DNA from: Patescibacteria group bacterium
Lineage (GTDB): Bacteria > Patescibacteriota > Dojkabacteria > GCA-002793355
DNA: 64,000 bases
Reading direction: 5' to 3'
NCBI GenBank assembly: GCA_016860985.1
Contig: BOKM01000001.1
Location: forward strand, 856,040-920,039
Shown here: positions 1 to 9,885 of the stretch, one piece after another
Layout of the letters: each line of letters starts with the position of its first letter
Position numbering within the stretch: position 1 is the stretch's first letter
Program-made: the position numbers and the translations under genes
The notes under the pieces: model-generated
What the model was told of the DNA's origin: nothing
Seen by the model: the letters and a program-made list of their open reading frames with translations, nothing else
Databases searched by the model: none

Positions 1-867
1 GCGGTTCATGAGGGGATATCCTAACGCGGCTCTCTCTTCAAGGTACATTGTACTAATTGCTTTTGCACTTTTGCTCATTTGCCCAAATTTCGCCATACGG
101 TCGGAAACACTTACCATCCCTCTGGCATCAAGAAGGTTAAAAAGGTGGGAAACCTTGAGTTGATAATCGTAAGCTGCCCAGAAATTCTTTTGTTCTAACT
201 GCTGCTGAACTTCTTTTTCGTAGATTGTGTAAAGGGATTTGAGCGAGTCTGGTGTTGACGTTTCAAAATTATGTGTTGCTTGCCAGAATTCGTGTCTTTC
301 AAAAATATCTGCGTACGTTGTTGTGTCGTTCCATTTCAAGTCTTTGTAATGATCAACATCTTGCAAGTACATAGCAAGTCGCTCTAGCCCGTAGGTTATT
401 TCGAGTGTAGGGACTTCAAGTGGTGTGCCAGCCATCTGCTGAAAATAAGTGTATTGTGCTATCTCCATTCCATCGCACCAAATCTCCCAACCTAAGCCCC
501 AGGCACCAAGCGGGGTTGACTCCCAGTTATCTTCAACAAAGCGAATATCGTGCTTTTGTGGGTCTAACCCAAGTGCAATGAGGCTTTCGATAAATAGTTC
601 TTGGTTGAATTTTGGAGCCGGTTTTAAGATGACCTGGTATTGATAATAATGCTGAAATCTATTTGGGCTCTTTCCGTATCGTCCGTCTGTTGGTCTTCTG
701 CTTGGCTCGACATAGGCGACATTGTATGGCTCGGGGCCAAGAACTCTAAAAAAAGTGTGTGGGTTACCTGTGCCCGCCCCAACTTCTACTCCATATGGTT
801 GACCAATAAGACAGCCTTGCTTGGCCCAAAAGGTATTTAATGCAGTAATAAGTTCTTGAAATGACAT
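1..867 (-). CDS. glyQ: glycine--tRNA ligase alpha subunit (3' end runs off left edge of window; not in ORF track because no stop in window)
   Basis: Reverse-strand translation from ATG (complement of 865-867) gives MSFQELITALNTFWAKQGCLIGQPYGVEVGAGTGNPHTFFRVLGPEP...SRRPTDGRYGKSPNRFQHYYQ...DIRFVEDNWESTPLGAWGLGWEIW...ITYGLERLAMYLQ...FNLLDARG...ALGYPLMNR, colinear with bacterial GlyQ over ~289 aa. Confidence 0.9.
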   Translation of the reverse strand, partial: MSFQELITALNTFWAKQGCLIGQPYGVEVGAGTGNPHTFFRVLGPEPYNVAYVEPSRRPTDGRYGKSPNRFQHYYQYQVILKPAPKFNQELFIESLIALGLDPQKHDIRFVEDNWESTPLGAWGLGWEIWCDGMEIAQYTYFQQMAGTPLEVPTLEITYGLERLAMYLQDVDHYKDLKWNDTTTYADIFERHEFWQATHNFETSTPDSLKSLYTIYEKEVQQQLEQKNFWAAYDYQLKVSHLFNLLDARGMVSVSDRMAKFGQMSKSAKAISTMYLEERAALGYPLMNR

Positions 868-908
868 GCGGAAGTATAGCAGAAATTTTAAGTTTTGTGT
901 TGGGGTGG

Positions 909-1595
909 TTAAGCCGGTTCGACTATTCTTTTAGACTGGTTTCGAATAACTTTCATCATGTGATCCTCTGCTGTGGAGTATGCATATCTTTCTTCGTGAC
1001 TATATTTCGCAATAAATTTAACAAACATTGGGAACGTTACGGTTTGTAGAGCAACCATGGTGGCGCGGACAGTCCTTTTTTCAAATCCCTCGTCAAAACG
1101 TTCTTTTAACCATTCAGGCATTGGAACTGCTCTTACTATCTCAGTCCCAATTTTTTTGACAACAGGTGCAAGGAGCTTACTCGTAGCGTAAATAAGTCCG
1201 TAATAAAGTCCAGCTTCTGCAAAACGAATTGCCCAAAATTGTAAGCCCGCATGGGCTTTATGTGCTACTTCGTGGGAGACAATGTTTTCGAAATCGTACT
1301 CAACCTCTTTGTAGTATGCACCGCGCTTTAGTTCCTCTCTTATGGCAAGGATGTTTTTTGCATAAATATGTGTGGAACCTGTTAATGGATTATATTGTCC
1401 AAGCAATCTGGGGAGTGCCTCAGATAATCGATTTGGTCGAAAATCAAGTGAAATTGAGCGTGCCTTATCTTCGGACATCCCTAATCCCATTGCATACTCA
1501 ACAAGGGCTTCTGAATTGATTTTTAAATTTAAACTTTCAAATTCAGGAGAACTAATAATCTTTGGTGTCGGTTTTGGCTGAGAAGTTTCTGTCAT
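909..1595 (-). CDS. hypothetical protein with HExxH zinc-metallopeptidase-like motif (SHEVAHKAH)
   Basis: 228-aa ORF; single HEVAH motif; no other recognisable family signature. Confidence 0.4.
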   Translation of the reverse strand: MTETSQPKPTPKIISSPEFESLNLKINSEALVEYAMGLGMSEDKARSISLDFRPNRLSEALPRLLGQYNPLTGSTHIYAKNILAIREELKRGAYYKEVEYDFENIVSHEVAHKAHAGLQFWAIRFAEAGLYYGLIYATSKLLAPVVKKIGTEIVRAVPMPEWLKERFDEGFEKRTVRATMVALQTVTFPMFVKFIAKYSHEERYAYSTAEDHMMKVIRNQSKRIVEPA

Positions 1596-1613
1596 ATATT
1601 GTAGATCTTTACT

Positions 1614-3164
1614 TTAATCCAGTAATTCTTTATTCCCCCACCACCACGTCATTGGCAAAAAGAAGCCGTAATAGGTAATGGTTGCAACTGAAAAGAATGG
1701 TATACCAATTCCGATAAGCGAAATCACAAGTTGCGACATGAGTAGATAGTAATTCTCTTTTTTTAGCTTTTTTTCACTTTTTCTGAGAGCAAGCAGGTGT
1801 TCTATACTCTTTTTGAGTGACTTAATGGATAATGCCCAGAAAAGAATAATCACAGCTGTATATCCAGTTACACCAATGATGCCCTGTTCTGCGTATAACA
1901 AGCCGTATGTTGAGTGAGGGCTCGCGTTTGTGCCACCACCTGGGCGAATCAGTCGCTCATATTCAACCCCAAAGGTCCCCATTCCCATTCCAGTTAATGG
2001 TCGTTGATTTCCAATTTTTATGGCGCTCTCGAATAAATCTGCATGGCCTTGCGCAGATTTCTCGTTTGGATTAAACATATTTTGAACGTACCTGGTCATT
2101 TCTCTCGATAAAGAGGTGGTTCTACCGTTATGGTTAAGTGGGACTGCGTAGCCTATTGCAAAGAGTATTCCAGAGGAAATAATTGTGATAATCAAAAATT
2201 TTATAGTTGTTGACACAATCGCCTTAATTTTCCCGAGTCGTCGGGCAAGAGGAATAAAGTACGCGACTAATAGCACAATTCCTACAATTCCCGCGCCAAG
2301 TAGCGCGCTTCTTGAAAAGGTGAGTGCGTAAGATATAAGTGCAGCAGCAATCGCAAGTGAGTAAAACAATTTCTCTTTTTTTGCAGGGTAGTCTTTCTGT
2401 TCTCTCAGTAATATTGTGGTAATGAGGAGTGTTCCAAAAATGATAACCATAACTAGTGAGAACATGCCGTTAAAGTTCACATCACCAAAGAACCCAGGAG
2501 CACGGATGATATTCGGTTTATAAGAAAACTTCTGATGTCCAACCAGCAGTAATTTGTTTGGAAAAGTCTCATCAATCGTTTTCCAGATAGTACAACCCGT
2601 CCCCGGATTTTGTGTTGAGCAATCTACAAACTGTGTTACAGAAACTACAGTATTTACAAAGGTAAAGAGCGCGAGTGTAATCACGAAGGTGCGAACCAAT
2701 CGAATCGCTGCTTTCTTCAATGTTTCTTTTGACAGCATCTCTGTGAGAAGCGTAAGCCAAATAGTTGCGGTTGCAAAAACTGCGAGGCTCATCCAATGTG
2801 TGAGTAGTATACCCAAAGAAGCGCCTTTAGAGGTCGAGGTGATTATTGCTACAAAGTCGATGAGAGAAAGAAAAACAATAACGAGTGTAAGTTTACTTTT
2901 TAGTAGCTGTAATAAACTATGCCTCTTGCTGTACTCAAAAGTTGCTTTTGCAAGAAGAATAGGGATGACAAATACAATTGGTTGCAATGTCTTAGTTGAA
3001 TCACCAATATTGAGCGTGATGCTAAACCTATGCACGAACGCAATAAGTGGTGTAAGTGCAAACGCTTCAAGAAAAGGCAGGTATGCAGCGAGCGCGGTGA
3101 GTATAAAGAACACTCCGAGAATTATTTTTGAACCAAGTGTGGTGTAGCGAAGCATATATATCAT
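1614..3164 (-). CDS. polytopic membrane protein, O-antigen ligase/Wzy-like (tentative)
   Basis: 516-aa ORF with ~10 hydrophobic segments and a central loop region (FSRSALLGAGIVGIV...) reminiscent of the Wzy_C/O-antigen ligase family; assignment by architecture only. Confidence 0.4.
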   Translation of the reverse strand: MIYMLRYTTLGSKIILGVFFILTALAAYLPFLEAFALTPLIAFVHRFSITLNIGDSTKTLQPIVFVIPILLAKATFEYSKRHSLLQLLKSKLTLVIVFLSLIDFVAIITSTSKGASLGILLTHWMSLAVFATATIWLTLLTEMLSKETLKKAAIRLVRTFVITLALFTFVNTVVSVTQFVDCSTQNPGTGCTIWKTIDETFPNKLLLVGHQKFSYKPNIIRAPGFFGDVNFNGMFSLVMVIIFGTLLITTILLREQKDYPAKKEKLFYSLAIAAALISYALTFSRSALLGAGIVGIVLLVAYFIPLARRLGKIKAIVSTTIKFLIITIISSGILFAIGYAVPLNHNGRTTSLSREMTRYVQNMFNPNEKSAQGHADLFESAIKIGNQRPLTGMGMGTFGVEYERLIRPGGGTNASPHSTYGLLYAEQGIIGVTGYTAVIILFWALSIKSLKKSIEHLLALRKSEKKLKKENYYLLMSQLVISLIGIGIPFFSVATITYYGFFLPMTWWWGNKELLD

Positions 3165-3203
3165 TATTATACGTTACTCGTTACTGCATCGCAAAGCTCG
3201 TCA

Positions 3204-4115
3204 ATGGTAAAATACATTGTGGAAATTCATATTATTTTTGGTCCAACCGCTTCGAGCAAAACAAAGATGGCGCAAGCACTTTGGGAAACATATCACTACC
3301 CTATTCTTTCCGTAGACTCACGCAAAGTTTACAAAGGAGCAGATATTGGGACGAATAAGTTATCGCTTCTTGAGTTCAAAAAAAATCACTCTGAAGTTTT
3401 AGTCGGTGGAATTGATTTTAGGCAGCCGTCGGAAGAAATAAATGTTTATGAATTTCAGCAGCATGTATATGGTTGGATTGAGGAAAACCAAGAAACAATA
3501 AACAAATTTGGCGGGCTTATTATTCATGGAGGAACGGGATTATATTTAGATGCGATTTTAGAGGGCAAGTCATTTCTTTCTCAACGAAATGAGGAGCTTC
3601 GCGAATCTCTGGCAAATGAATCTGTTGAAAAGTTGCAAGAAATTGCAGCTAAAGAAAATACCCCAGCTTATGAAAAATTGAACGAAAGTGATCGTCAAAA
3701 TCCAAGAAGGCTCATACGAGTTATAGAGAACAAAGATCTTGCACCAGAAAAGGTAGATAGCAGAAGTACATTTTTCTTGAATAGCACTATTACGTGGCAT
3801 ATTAAACTCCCTGAACGGTTGCAGCTGTATACAACAATAAATGAGCGAGTGTACCGATATTTTGTTGAAGGTTGGCTCGATGAAGTCTCCTCTCTCCGTT
3901 CACAGTTTGGAGATAATTCTCCTGCCTTGCAAATGATGGGTTACAAACAATTAGTCGCATTCCAGCGTGAATATACAAACTGGTCTGATTTGTATAAAGA
4001 GAATGCGCCTGAATTCCAAAAGGTTGTTGCTCTCATTCAGCTCGAGCATCGCCGGTATGCCAAGAGGCAAGAAACATGGGCAAAAAAGTATATTCGACAG
4101 CAAAAAAATAACTAA
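3204..4115 (+). CDS. miaA: tRNA dimethylallyltransferase
   Basis: N-terminal P-loop IIFGPTASSKT followed by SVDSRKVYKGADIGTNK, the classic MiaA motif pair; 303 aa; TAA stop. Confidence 0.85.
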   Translation: MVKYIVEIHIIFGPTASSKTKMAQALWETYHYPILSVDSRKVYKGADIGTNKLSLLEFKKNHSEVLVGGIDFRQPSEEINVYEFQQHVYGWIEENQETINKFGGLIIHGGTGLYLDAILEGKSFLSQRNEELRESLANESVEKLQEIAAKENTPAYEKLNESDRQNPRRLIRVIENKDLAPEKVDSRSTFFLNSTITWHIKLPERLQLYTTINERVYRYFVEGWLDEVSSLRSQFGDNSPALQMMGYKQLVAFQREYTNWSDLYKENAPEFQKVVALIQLEHRRYAKRQETWAKKYIRQQKNN

Positions 4116-4780
4116 CCAAACCGACTTTCCTTTAATATACTCCTAGCCGCTGCTACTTCTGGGTAATGAGCTCGAACGAGGTCCCAAAATACTTTGGAAT
4201 GATTGTGGTGCATAAGGTGAGATAGTTCATGAATAATGACGTAATCAATAACCTCTGGCGGATAATGAACTAGTCGAAGATTGAAGGTTAGGTTACCAGT
4301 TGTTGTGCAACTTCCCCACAAGGATTTTACATACTTTAATCGCATTCGACGATGTTTTTTTTGCGAGATCTGCGGCTCGAATATAGCGATTCGAGCCGCA
4401 AGATACTGAGTCAGTTCGGGGGCAAGTAGTTCATAAAATTTCTTTCTTTGAAGGCGGTTTGTCCTTGTTTGCACGGATACAATATTCCCTTGTGTATTGA
4501 TTTGTAATGTCGTGCTTTTGGCACGTTCAAGTACTACTGAATACAATGCTCCGAATAGATAGAACGTGTCACCGCTCAGGATTGTAGACGGGATTTTGTT
4601 TTGTTTGGGAACCGATAGCGATTTTACTAAGAAGATTGTGTTGCTGCTAAGAAATTCGGCAATTCTGCTAATCGCCATTCTGCGAGGGGCTCTCAATTCA
4701 AGCTCCCGATTGTTTGTTATCTTTAGCGTTGTAGACCTAAATCGTTTTGAAGACTGTATTGTGTTAATTGTAATTGCCAT
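4112..4780 (-). CDS. YgjP-like metal-dependent hydrolase (DUF45/M48-like, HExxH...NHS)
   Basis: C-terminal VIDYVIIHELSHLMHHNHSKVFWDLV matches the HEL(C/S)HLxxxNHS signature of the YgjP/DUF45 family. Confidence 0.6.
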   Translation of the reverse strand: MAITINTIQSSKRFRSTTLKITNNRELELRAPRRMAISRIAEFLSSNTIFLVKSLSVPKQNKIPSTILSGDTFYLFGALYSVVLERAKSTTLQINTQGNIVSVQTRTNRLQRKKFYELLAPELTQYLAARIAIFEPQISQKKHRRMRLKYVKSLWGSCTTTGNLTFNLRLVHYPPEVIDYVIIHELSHLMHHNHSKVFWDLVRAHYPEVAAARSILKESRFG

Positions 4781-4960
4781 GTTGTTTTCTCGTTCTGCTA
4801 TACATTATAATGGAATATGCAACGACGATTTATCTGGACAATACTATTACTTTTAATTCTCTGTTGCACCGCTCTCGTTGTTGATTCAATCTGGATGGAA
4901 AGACGCCTAAACACTCGTAATTTTGTGTATCCTGGGAATACTGAACTCTTTGGTGAATGA

Positions 4961-6271
4961 CTATCCAATGAGCTCTTTTCCTAGATATTTTTGCAATACC
5001 TGCGGCACTCGAATCTTCCCTTCTTTTGTTTGGTTTTGTTCTACTAACGCAATTAAGAAGCGTGGGAGCGCAATTGCAGTGTTGTTTAACGCATAGGCAA
5101 ATGCCTTTGTTCCATCGGCTCGTTTTACTCGAATGTTGTTTCTTCTTGTTTGGAAATCGCGCATATTAGAGGCAGAATGTGTTTCTCCGTAGCTACCTTT
5201 TCCAGGCATCCAAGACTCAATATCGTACTTTTTGTACTGAGGCTCGCCCATATCTCCTGTACACATCGAAAGAACTCGGTAATGGATTCCCAAACCTTGC
5301 AAAATTTCTTCTGCATTATTGAGAATTTCTGTGTGCATCGCTTCTGCTTTTTCTTCGTCTGGCTCCATAATAACAACCTGCTCAACTTTCATGAATTCGT
5401 GTACTCGGTAGATACCTTTAACGTCTTTACTGTAACTACCAATTTCTTGGCGGTAACAAGGAGAAAGACCTGCAAGCTTCAGTGGTCCGTTGGTTAAATC
5501 AAGTGTTTCATTGGCGTACATTGCCATTAGTGGCTGTTCCGCAGTTGCTGCAAGGTATAGTTGATCGGTTACTTCTGCCCCTGTTTCATCTACCCCGCCA
5601 CTCTTTAGTCGATAGGTATCTGTTGGTGGGCTCCAAGGAAACTGTGCTGCACCAAACAAAACGTGTTCTTTGACAATAATCGGTGGTGTGGTGATTTCAA
5701 ACCCCTTTTCTCGCAATTTTTCGAGTGCATACATGAGTACTGCCCATTCGAGCATGGCTCCGTCTCCTTTTAAGAAATAGCCTCGAAAACCAGATACTTT
5801 AACACCTCTTTCAAGATCAAGTAATCCAAGATTTGTCATTAAATCGACATGGTTTTTAGGTTCAAAATCGAACGCAGGTTTTTCTCCCCACATATGATGC
5901 ACGGTATTACCCGATTCATCTGGTCCTATTGGCGTATCTGCAGATGGAATTCCTGGAAGAAATGACATTAAGTCGTTAAGTTCACTCTCGAGTGAGTTGA
6001 GTTCACTCTCTTTTTGGGCTATCTGCTCTTTAATTTTCTTGCCTTCTTCGATAATGCTTGCTCTTTCGTCAGTGGAAGCTTTTTGAATGCGCTCTGCATT
6101 TTCATTGCGATTTGTTCGTAATAACTGAACCTCAGAAGTTAAAGCTTTTACGGAGGACGCTAATTCGATGATTCTATCAACTTTTTCTGGTGCAGTTCCG
6201 CGTACCCCTTTATTGGTGATTGCCGCCTTAACGACATCGGGGTTCGCTAAAACAAATTGTAGGTCTAACAT
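4961..6271 (-). CDS. serS: serine--tRNA ligase
   Basis: 436 aa; N-terminal coiled-coil arm (MLDLQFVLANPDVVKAAITNKG...), class II core motifs (RVHEFMKVEQ, GETHSASNMRDFQTRR); TAG stop. Confidence 0.9.
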   Translation of the reverse strand: MLDLQFVLANPDVVKAAITNKGVRGTAPEKVDRIIELASSVKALTSEVQLLRTNRNENAERIQKASTDERASIIEEGKKIKEQIAQKESELNSLESELNDLMSFLPGIPSADTPIGPDESGNTVHHMWGEKPAFDFEPKNHVDLMTNLGLLDLERGVKVSGFRGYFLKGDGAMLEWAVLMYALEKLREKGFEITTPPIIVKEHVLFGAAQFPWSPPTDTYRLKSGGVDETGAEVTDQLYLAATAEQPLMAMYANETLDLTNGPLKLAGLSPCYRQEIGSYSKDVKGIYRVHEFMKVEQVVIMEPDEEKAEAMHTEILNNAEEILQGLGIHYRVLSMCTGDMGEPQYKKYDIESWMPGKGSYGETHSASNMRDFQTRRNNIRVKRADGTKAFAYALNNTAIALPRFLIALVEQNQTKEGKIRVPQVLQKYLGKELIG

Positions 6272-6308
6272 CTGGTATGGTAGCGTACTTTATGTGACGA
6301 ATGCAATA

Positions 6309-6914
6309 CTACGGGAATTTTACCTTGTATGCAGCTTGGCACTTTTCAATAACTTGCTTTGCTTCGTTCTCGTCGCCCCAGCGGTCTATAACTACTTTTT
6401 TATCGGTTTGCCCTTTGAATTTGAACTGCAAGTCTTTGTAGTGTTCCCAGAAGAACTGAATTTCATCAATTGTGATTTGTGGCAAATCTTTGTAGGTCTT
6501 AATGTGCTTGAAGCGAATGTCATCGACCGGTACTGCGAGTACTTTGTCGTCTATTTCGCCACTGTCGTTCATATACATAACGCCGATTGGTCGGACGGTT
6601 ATTAAGCAGCCAGGAAATGTTGGATAAGACACTAAGCACATAATGTCGAGAAGGTCGTTGTCTTCATCGTAGGTTTGGGGAATAAGTCCGTATTCGATTG
6701 GATATGGCAACATTTCAAACAATACACGATCGAGCTTAATGACGTTTGCTTCTGTGACGTATTCGTATTTATTAAAGGAGCCCTTTGGAATCTCAACAAG
6801 CATGTTTACATTTCCCTCTTCGTCGAAGGTAGGGAGCACGTGTTGTGGGTTTATGCCCATTTTAAGATATTGCGGATCAAGATTCGAAATATTTGCCATA
6901 AATGTATAAAACAA
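6309..6914 (-). CDS. ppa: inorganic pyrophosphatase (family I)
   Basis: 201 aa; YPIEYGLIPQTYDEDNDLLDIMCL...IDDKVLAVPVDD matches family I PPase active-site region. Confidence 0.85.
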   Translation of the reverse strand: MFYTFMANISNLDPQYLKMGINPQHVLPTFDEEGNVNMLVEIPKGSFNKYEYVTEANVIKLDRVLFEMLPYPIEYGLIPQTYDEDNDLLDIMCLVSYPTFPGCLITVRPIGVMYMNDSGEIDDKVLAVPVDDIRFKHIKTYKDLPQITIDEIQFFWEHYKDLQFKFKGQTDKKVVIDRWGDENEAKQVIEKCQAAYKVKFP

Positions 6915-7004
6915 GTTACTTGGTGATTATAGCGCAGGGAACGAACGGCGGCTACACTAAGGTCAAAAAATCTAACACTCGTATGTGTAGCCACCGTCCG
7001 CACG

Positions 7005-7244
7005 TTATTCTTCTACAGGTACACCCTCCTCTTTTGGCAGAATAATTTCGACCTGATACCCACGGTAGTTCACATCAAGGTAATCCTTGATTAAACCAGG
7101 TAATTCAGCGCATTCGGCAGTGACGATTCCCGTTTTGGGGTCACTGGTTGCACCAATTTGCATGGTTGTAAACTTTCCCGAAATGGCTCTTCGGAAGAAG
7201 AACTTATCGGCGTTCTGGGGGGGGGTAATCTTTACTTGGGCCAT
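7005..7244 (-). CDS. small hypothetical protein (79 aa) carrying a C9 homopolymer at codons 7-10
   Basis: ORF MAQVKITPPQNADKF...; G9 run on + strand at 7217-7225 lies inside the 5' end of this ORF. Confidence 0.3.
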   Translation of the reverse strand: MAQVKITPPQNADKFFFRRAISGKFTTMQIGATSDPKTGIVTAECAELPGLIKDYLDVNYRGYQVEIILPKEEGVPVEE

Positions 7245-7335
7245 AGCGGCGCCTCCTGAAAAAAGTTTTTTACGTGCAGGACGAATTATACCATTTTAAG
7301 GGTGGTTTTTGAATAGCACTTGACCAGTACGCTTT

Positions 7336-7581
7336 TTGCAGGTACATTTCGTAATGGCATTAGAAGATATTCCAGAAGCACGTTGGCGTATGGCCGTAGG
7401 TCAATCGCCAAATGGTCGACTAACAGCTGATGAACTTCAGGCAAAACTTGCGAAGCAGGGTTTTGTTGAAGGTTGGGGAACCATACTTAAAGATGGGTTT
7501 ACAGGGCTTGCTGAAAAAATGACCGAAGCAGTAAAGGCCATCGGCAGAAGTCGCATAAAAAAAACTCAAGAAAAGAGTTAG
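7336..7581 (+). CDS. small hypothetical protein (true start may be internal MALEDIP)
   Basis: 81-aa ORF only; no motif recognised. Confidence 0.25.
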   Translation: MQVHFVMALEDIPEARWRMAVGQSPNGRLTADELQAKLAKQGFVEGWGTILKDGFTGLAEKMTEAVKAIGRSRIKKTQEKS

Positions 7582-8349
7582 TTATTTCACAAAGTAAATT
7601 GTTTTTGGAACCGTTCCTTTAAAGGTTGTTTTTCCATTCGCAAACGAGAGTTCTTCTATTGATAATCCTTTTACGACGGTAAGTCTCTCTTCGACAAATG
7701 TATCAGCTTGTGTTTTGTACTCACGTAGCAGATTACTTGGCACAGGAATAATTCCAACTTTGACCGCACTAAAGTTCGCATCAACTTGATTGTTTTTAAT
7801 GGTCAATTGCCCCGAGGCAGTAAGTGGGAATGTTTCACCAAGTGAGCCAACGTACTTGTTAATGAGTTGCATCGTCTCAGAGGTGATATTACTTGCACTC
7901 GCGAATCGTTGGACTTGTTTCATGTCAACAATTCCAGCAAAGTCAACACTTCCATTCTGATTTACACGCATTTGCGCTGCAGTGAATGGCGCATTCGGAG
8001 ATAACTGAATCCATTCGTTAATTAAGGCGGTTCCTTGTGAGTTTGTGAGTGTAATCGTCACATTTTGAGTGCCGTTATATATTGCTTTACCACTGGTGCA
8101 ATCAATAGTTGAGCACTCTGAGCTATCAGAAGTGATTGCTTTAGCTTCTGACTGAAGTGCGTTGTGCACGGTTTTGCTGTCTTCTGGGGTGAATGTGATA
8201 CCTAAATCTGTTGAAGTCGCGGAGTTAAAAAGTGATGGAATACGGAATTCGCCCTTTGTGAATTGCGAATACGTAAACCAACCTGCAACCCCTACGCCTG
8301 CGCATAAAAATAACACAGCGATAAGAACGACAAGTCCAAACTTTTTCAT
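7582..8349 (-). CDS. membrane-anchored (N-terminal TM/signal) hypothetical protein
   Basis: 255 aa; MKKFGLVVLIAVLFLCAGVGVAGW hydrophobic N-terminus, Ser/Thr/Asn-rich extracytoplasmic body. Confidence 0.4.
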   Translation of the reverse strand: MKKFGLVVLIAVLFLCAGVGVAGWFTYSQFTKGEFRIPSLFNSATSTDLGITFTPEDSKTVHNALQSEAKAITSDSSECSTIDCTSGKAIYNGTQNVTITLTNSQGTALINEWIQLSPNAPFTAAQMRVNQNGSVDFAGIVDMKQVQRFASASNITSETMQLINKYVGSLGETFPLTASGQLTIKNNQVDANFSAVKVGIIPVPSNLLREYKTQADTFVEERLTVVKGLSIEELSFANGKTTFKGTVPKTIYFVK

Positions 8350-8424
8350 GGGTAAGTCCTCAAATTATTGCGGTAGATTTTCTACCGTATCTTTTATTCT
8401 ACTCCTCTTGTGGCATAATGCACC

Positions 8425-9864
8425 ATGGCTGTTATACGTATGTCGCTAGACGACTCACACTTTGTGTCAAAAAAACCAACAGAAAATGCGACTACTCCAT
8501 CTTCGCAACCATCAACTCTTCTACAAACAACCCCAAGGATTCGTCAACAAGTCCTCTCAAGAAACAAAAAAGGGCTGTCAAAAAAAGGCATGCTCGTAGT
8601 GTTTATTATTGCCTTTGTGGTGACCGCAATGCTTGGAGGAAGAATGCTTCTGAAAAACACCGGGCTTACGCCTGCAGGCGTTGGTTCGCTGGTTCCCGTA
8701 TTCAAGCCGGAATTGAAAAAAGACGAACAAGGGAAAACAAATATTTTGCTGGTAGGTATCGACACACGAGAATCAGGCACGGTTGAGCTAAACACCGATA
8801 CACTCATTCTTGCCTCGTATGATTCGACTACAAATCGTATTGCGATGTTGTCTTACCCTCGTGATCTTGCTGTATCCTATCCAGGAAGAACTGACCTTGT
8901 GAGAATTAACTCTATTTACGCAATTGCCGAAAACAAAAAGAAAGGTACTGGTTTAGAAAAACTGCAAGAAGTGGTTGAAACTGTTTCAGGTCAAAAAATT
9001 CATTACTATGCAATGGTTGACCTTAAAGGATTTATTGACGCAATAGACGTAGTTGGTGGCATTGATATCTTTTTGGAAAATGATTTATCAGGACTGTATC
9101 CTACCGAAGGTTTTTTGTATAAACGAGTGTCTTTCTCTCGAGGTTGGAATACGATGAATGGTCAAACAGCGCTTGAATACAGCCGAATTCGTAAAGATGT
9201 AAAACCAGCAAGCGAGGGGTCTGACTTTGGGCGAGCAAGGCGGCAGCAAAAGGTAATCCAAGCAGTGATAGATAAGGTCTCTAAGTCAGAGACACTACTT
9301 GATGCAGGTAAAGTACTTGAATTGGTAAGTGTTGCTTCCAAAAATTTGAAAGTCAGTAAGTTTGGAACTGAGGATATTCAGGCAGGAATAGCGATAATCA
9401 AAGACAAAGGAAAGCCCAATTCTTATTCGTATGTATTAGATCTTTATGCAGGTGGAGATTTGGCTCGTTTGATTGATGTTGTTAATTATAATCCATACCT
9501 ACTTGGACCCAAAACTGGTGCAAATAACTGGACAGAAATACAAAAATTCACCCGCCTTTACTTTAACGAACCGCAACTAGCCACAATGATCAAGGATGTG
9601 CTTATTTATACAGATGGAATGGAGTCATCAACCGGGAAAGCTAACTCGTTCAAAAAACAATACTACTATGCCGATACCGTTGTTTCTTCGCAAAGTGTGC
9701 TTGGTGTTAACTCACGGGGGAGTGTTTATGCAGTGGGAGGAAAACAATACGAACAAGTTGCTCGATTTGTTGCAAAAGAACTTGGGCTCGAGTTTAACCC
9801 AACGCTGCCAGAAGAGATTCAGGTGCTTGACGAGAAGGAATTTGCAGTGGTTGCAGTGTTCTAA
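8425..9864 (+). CDS. LytR-CpsA-Psr (LCP) family cell-wall glycopolymer ligase
   Basis: N-terminal TM anchor then ILLVGIDTRESG...DTLILASYD...RINSIYA...GFIDAIDVVGGIDI, characteristic LCP core. Confidence 0.8.
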   Translation: MAVIRMSLDDSHFVSKKPTENATTPSSQPSTLLQTTPRIRQQVLSRNKKGLSKKGMLVVFIIAFVVTAMLGGRMLLKNTGLTPAGVGSLVPVFKPELKKDEQGKTNILLVGIDTRESGTVELNTDTLILASYDSTTNRIAMLSYPRDLAVSYPGRTDLVRINSIYAIAENKKKGTGLEKLQEVVETVSGQKIHYYAMVDLKGFIDAIDVVGGIDIFLENDLSGLYPTEGFLYKRVSFSRGWNTMNGQTALEYSRIRKDVKPASEGSDFGRARRQQKVIQAVIDKVSKSETLLDAGKVLELVSVASKNLKVSKFGTEDIQAGIAIIKDKGKPNSYSYVLDLYAGGDLARLIDVVNYNPYLLGPKTGANNWTEIQKFTRLYFNEPQLATMIKDVLIYTDGMESSTGKANSFKKQYYYADTVVSSQSVLGVNSRGSVYAVGGKQYEQVARFVAKELGLEFNPTLPEEIQVLDEKEFAVVAVF

Positions 9865-9885
9865 CTTACGTGGGAGAATCGCGGT

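Noticed and set aside
2554-3147. 197-aa + strand ORF inside the Wzy-like membrane gene
   Set aside because: It is antisense to, and wholly inside, a long membrane-protein ORF. It shows no motif and has biased Ser/Val composition.
8418-8786. 122-aa + strand ORF overlapping the start of the LCP gene in another frame
   Set aside because: It is Arg/Lys/Cys-rich low-complexity sequence, is wholly contained in the better-supported LCP frame, and is a typical alternate-frame artefact.
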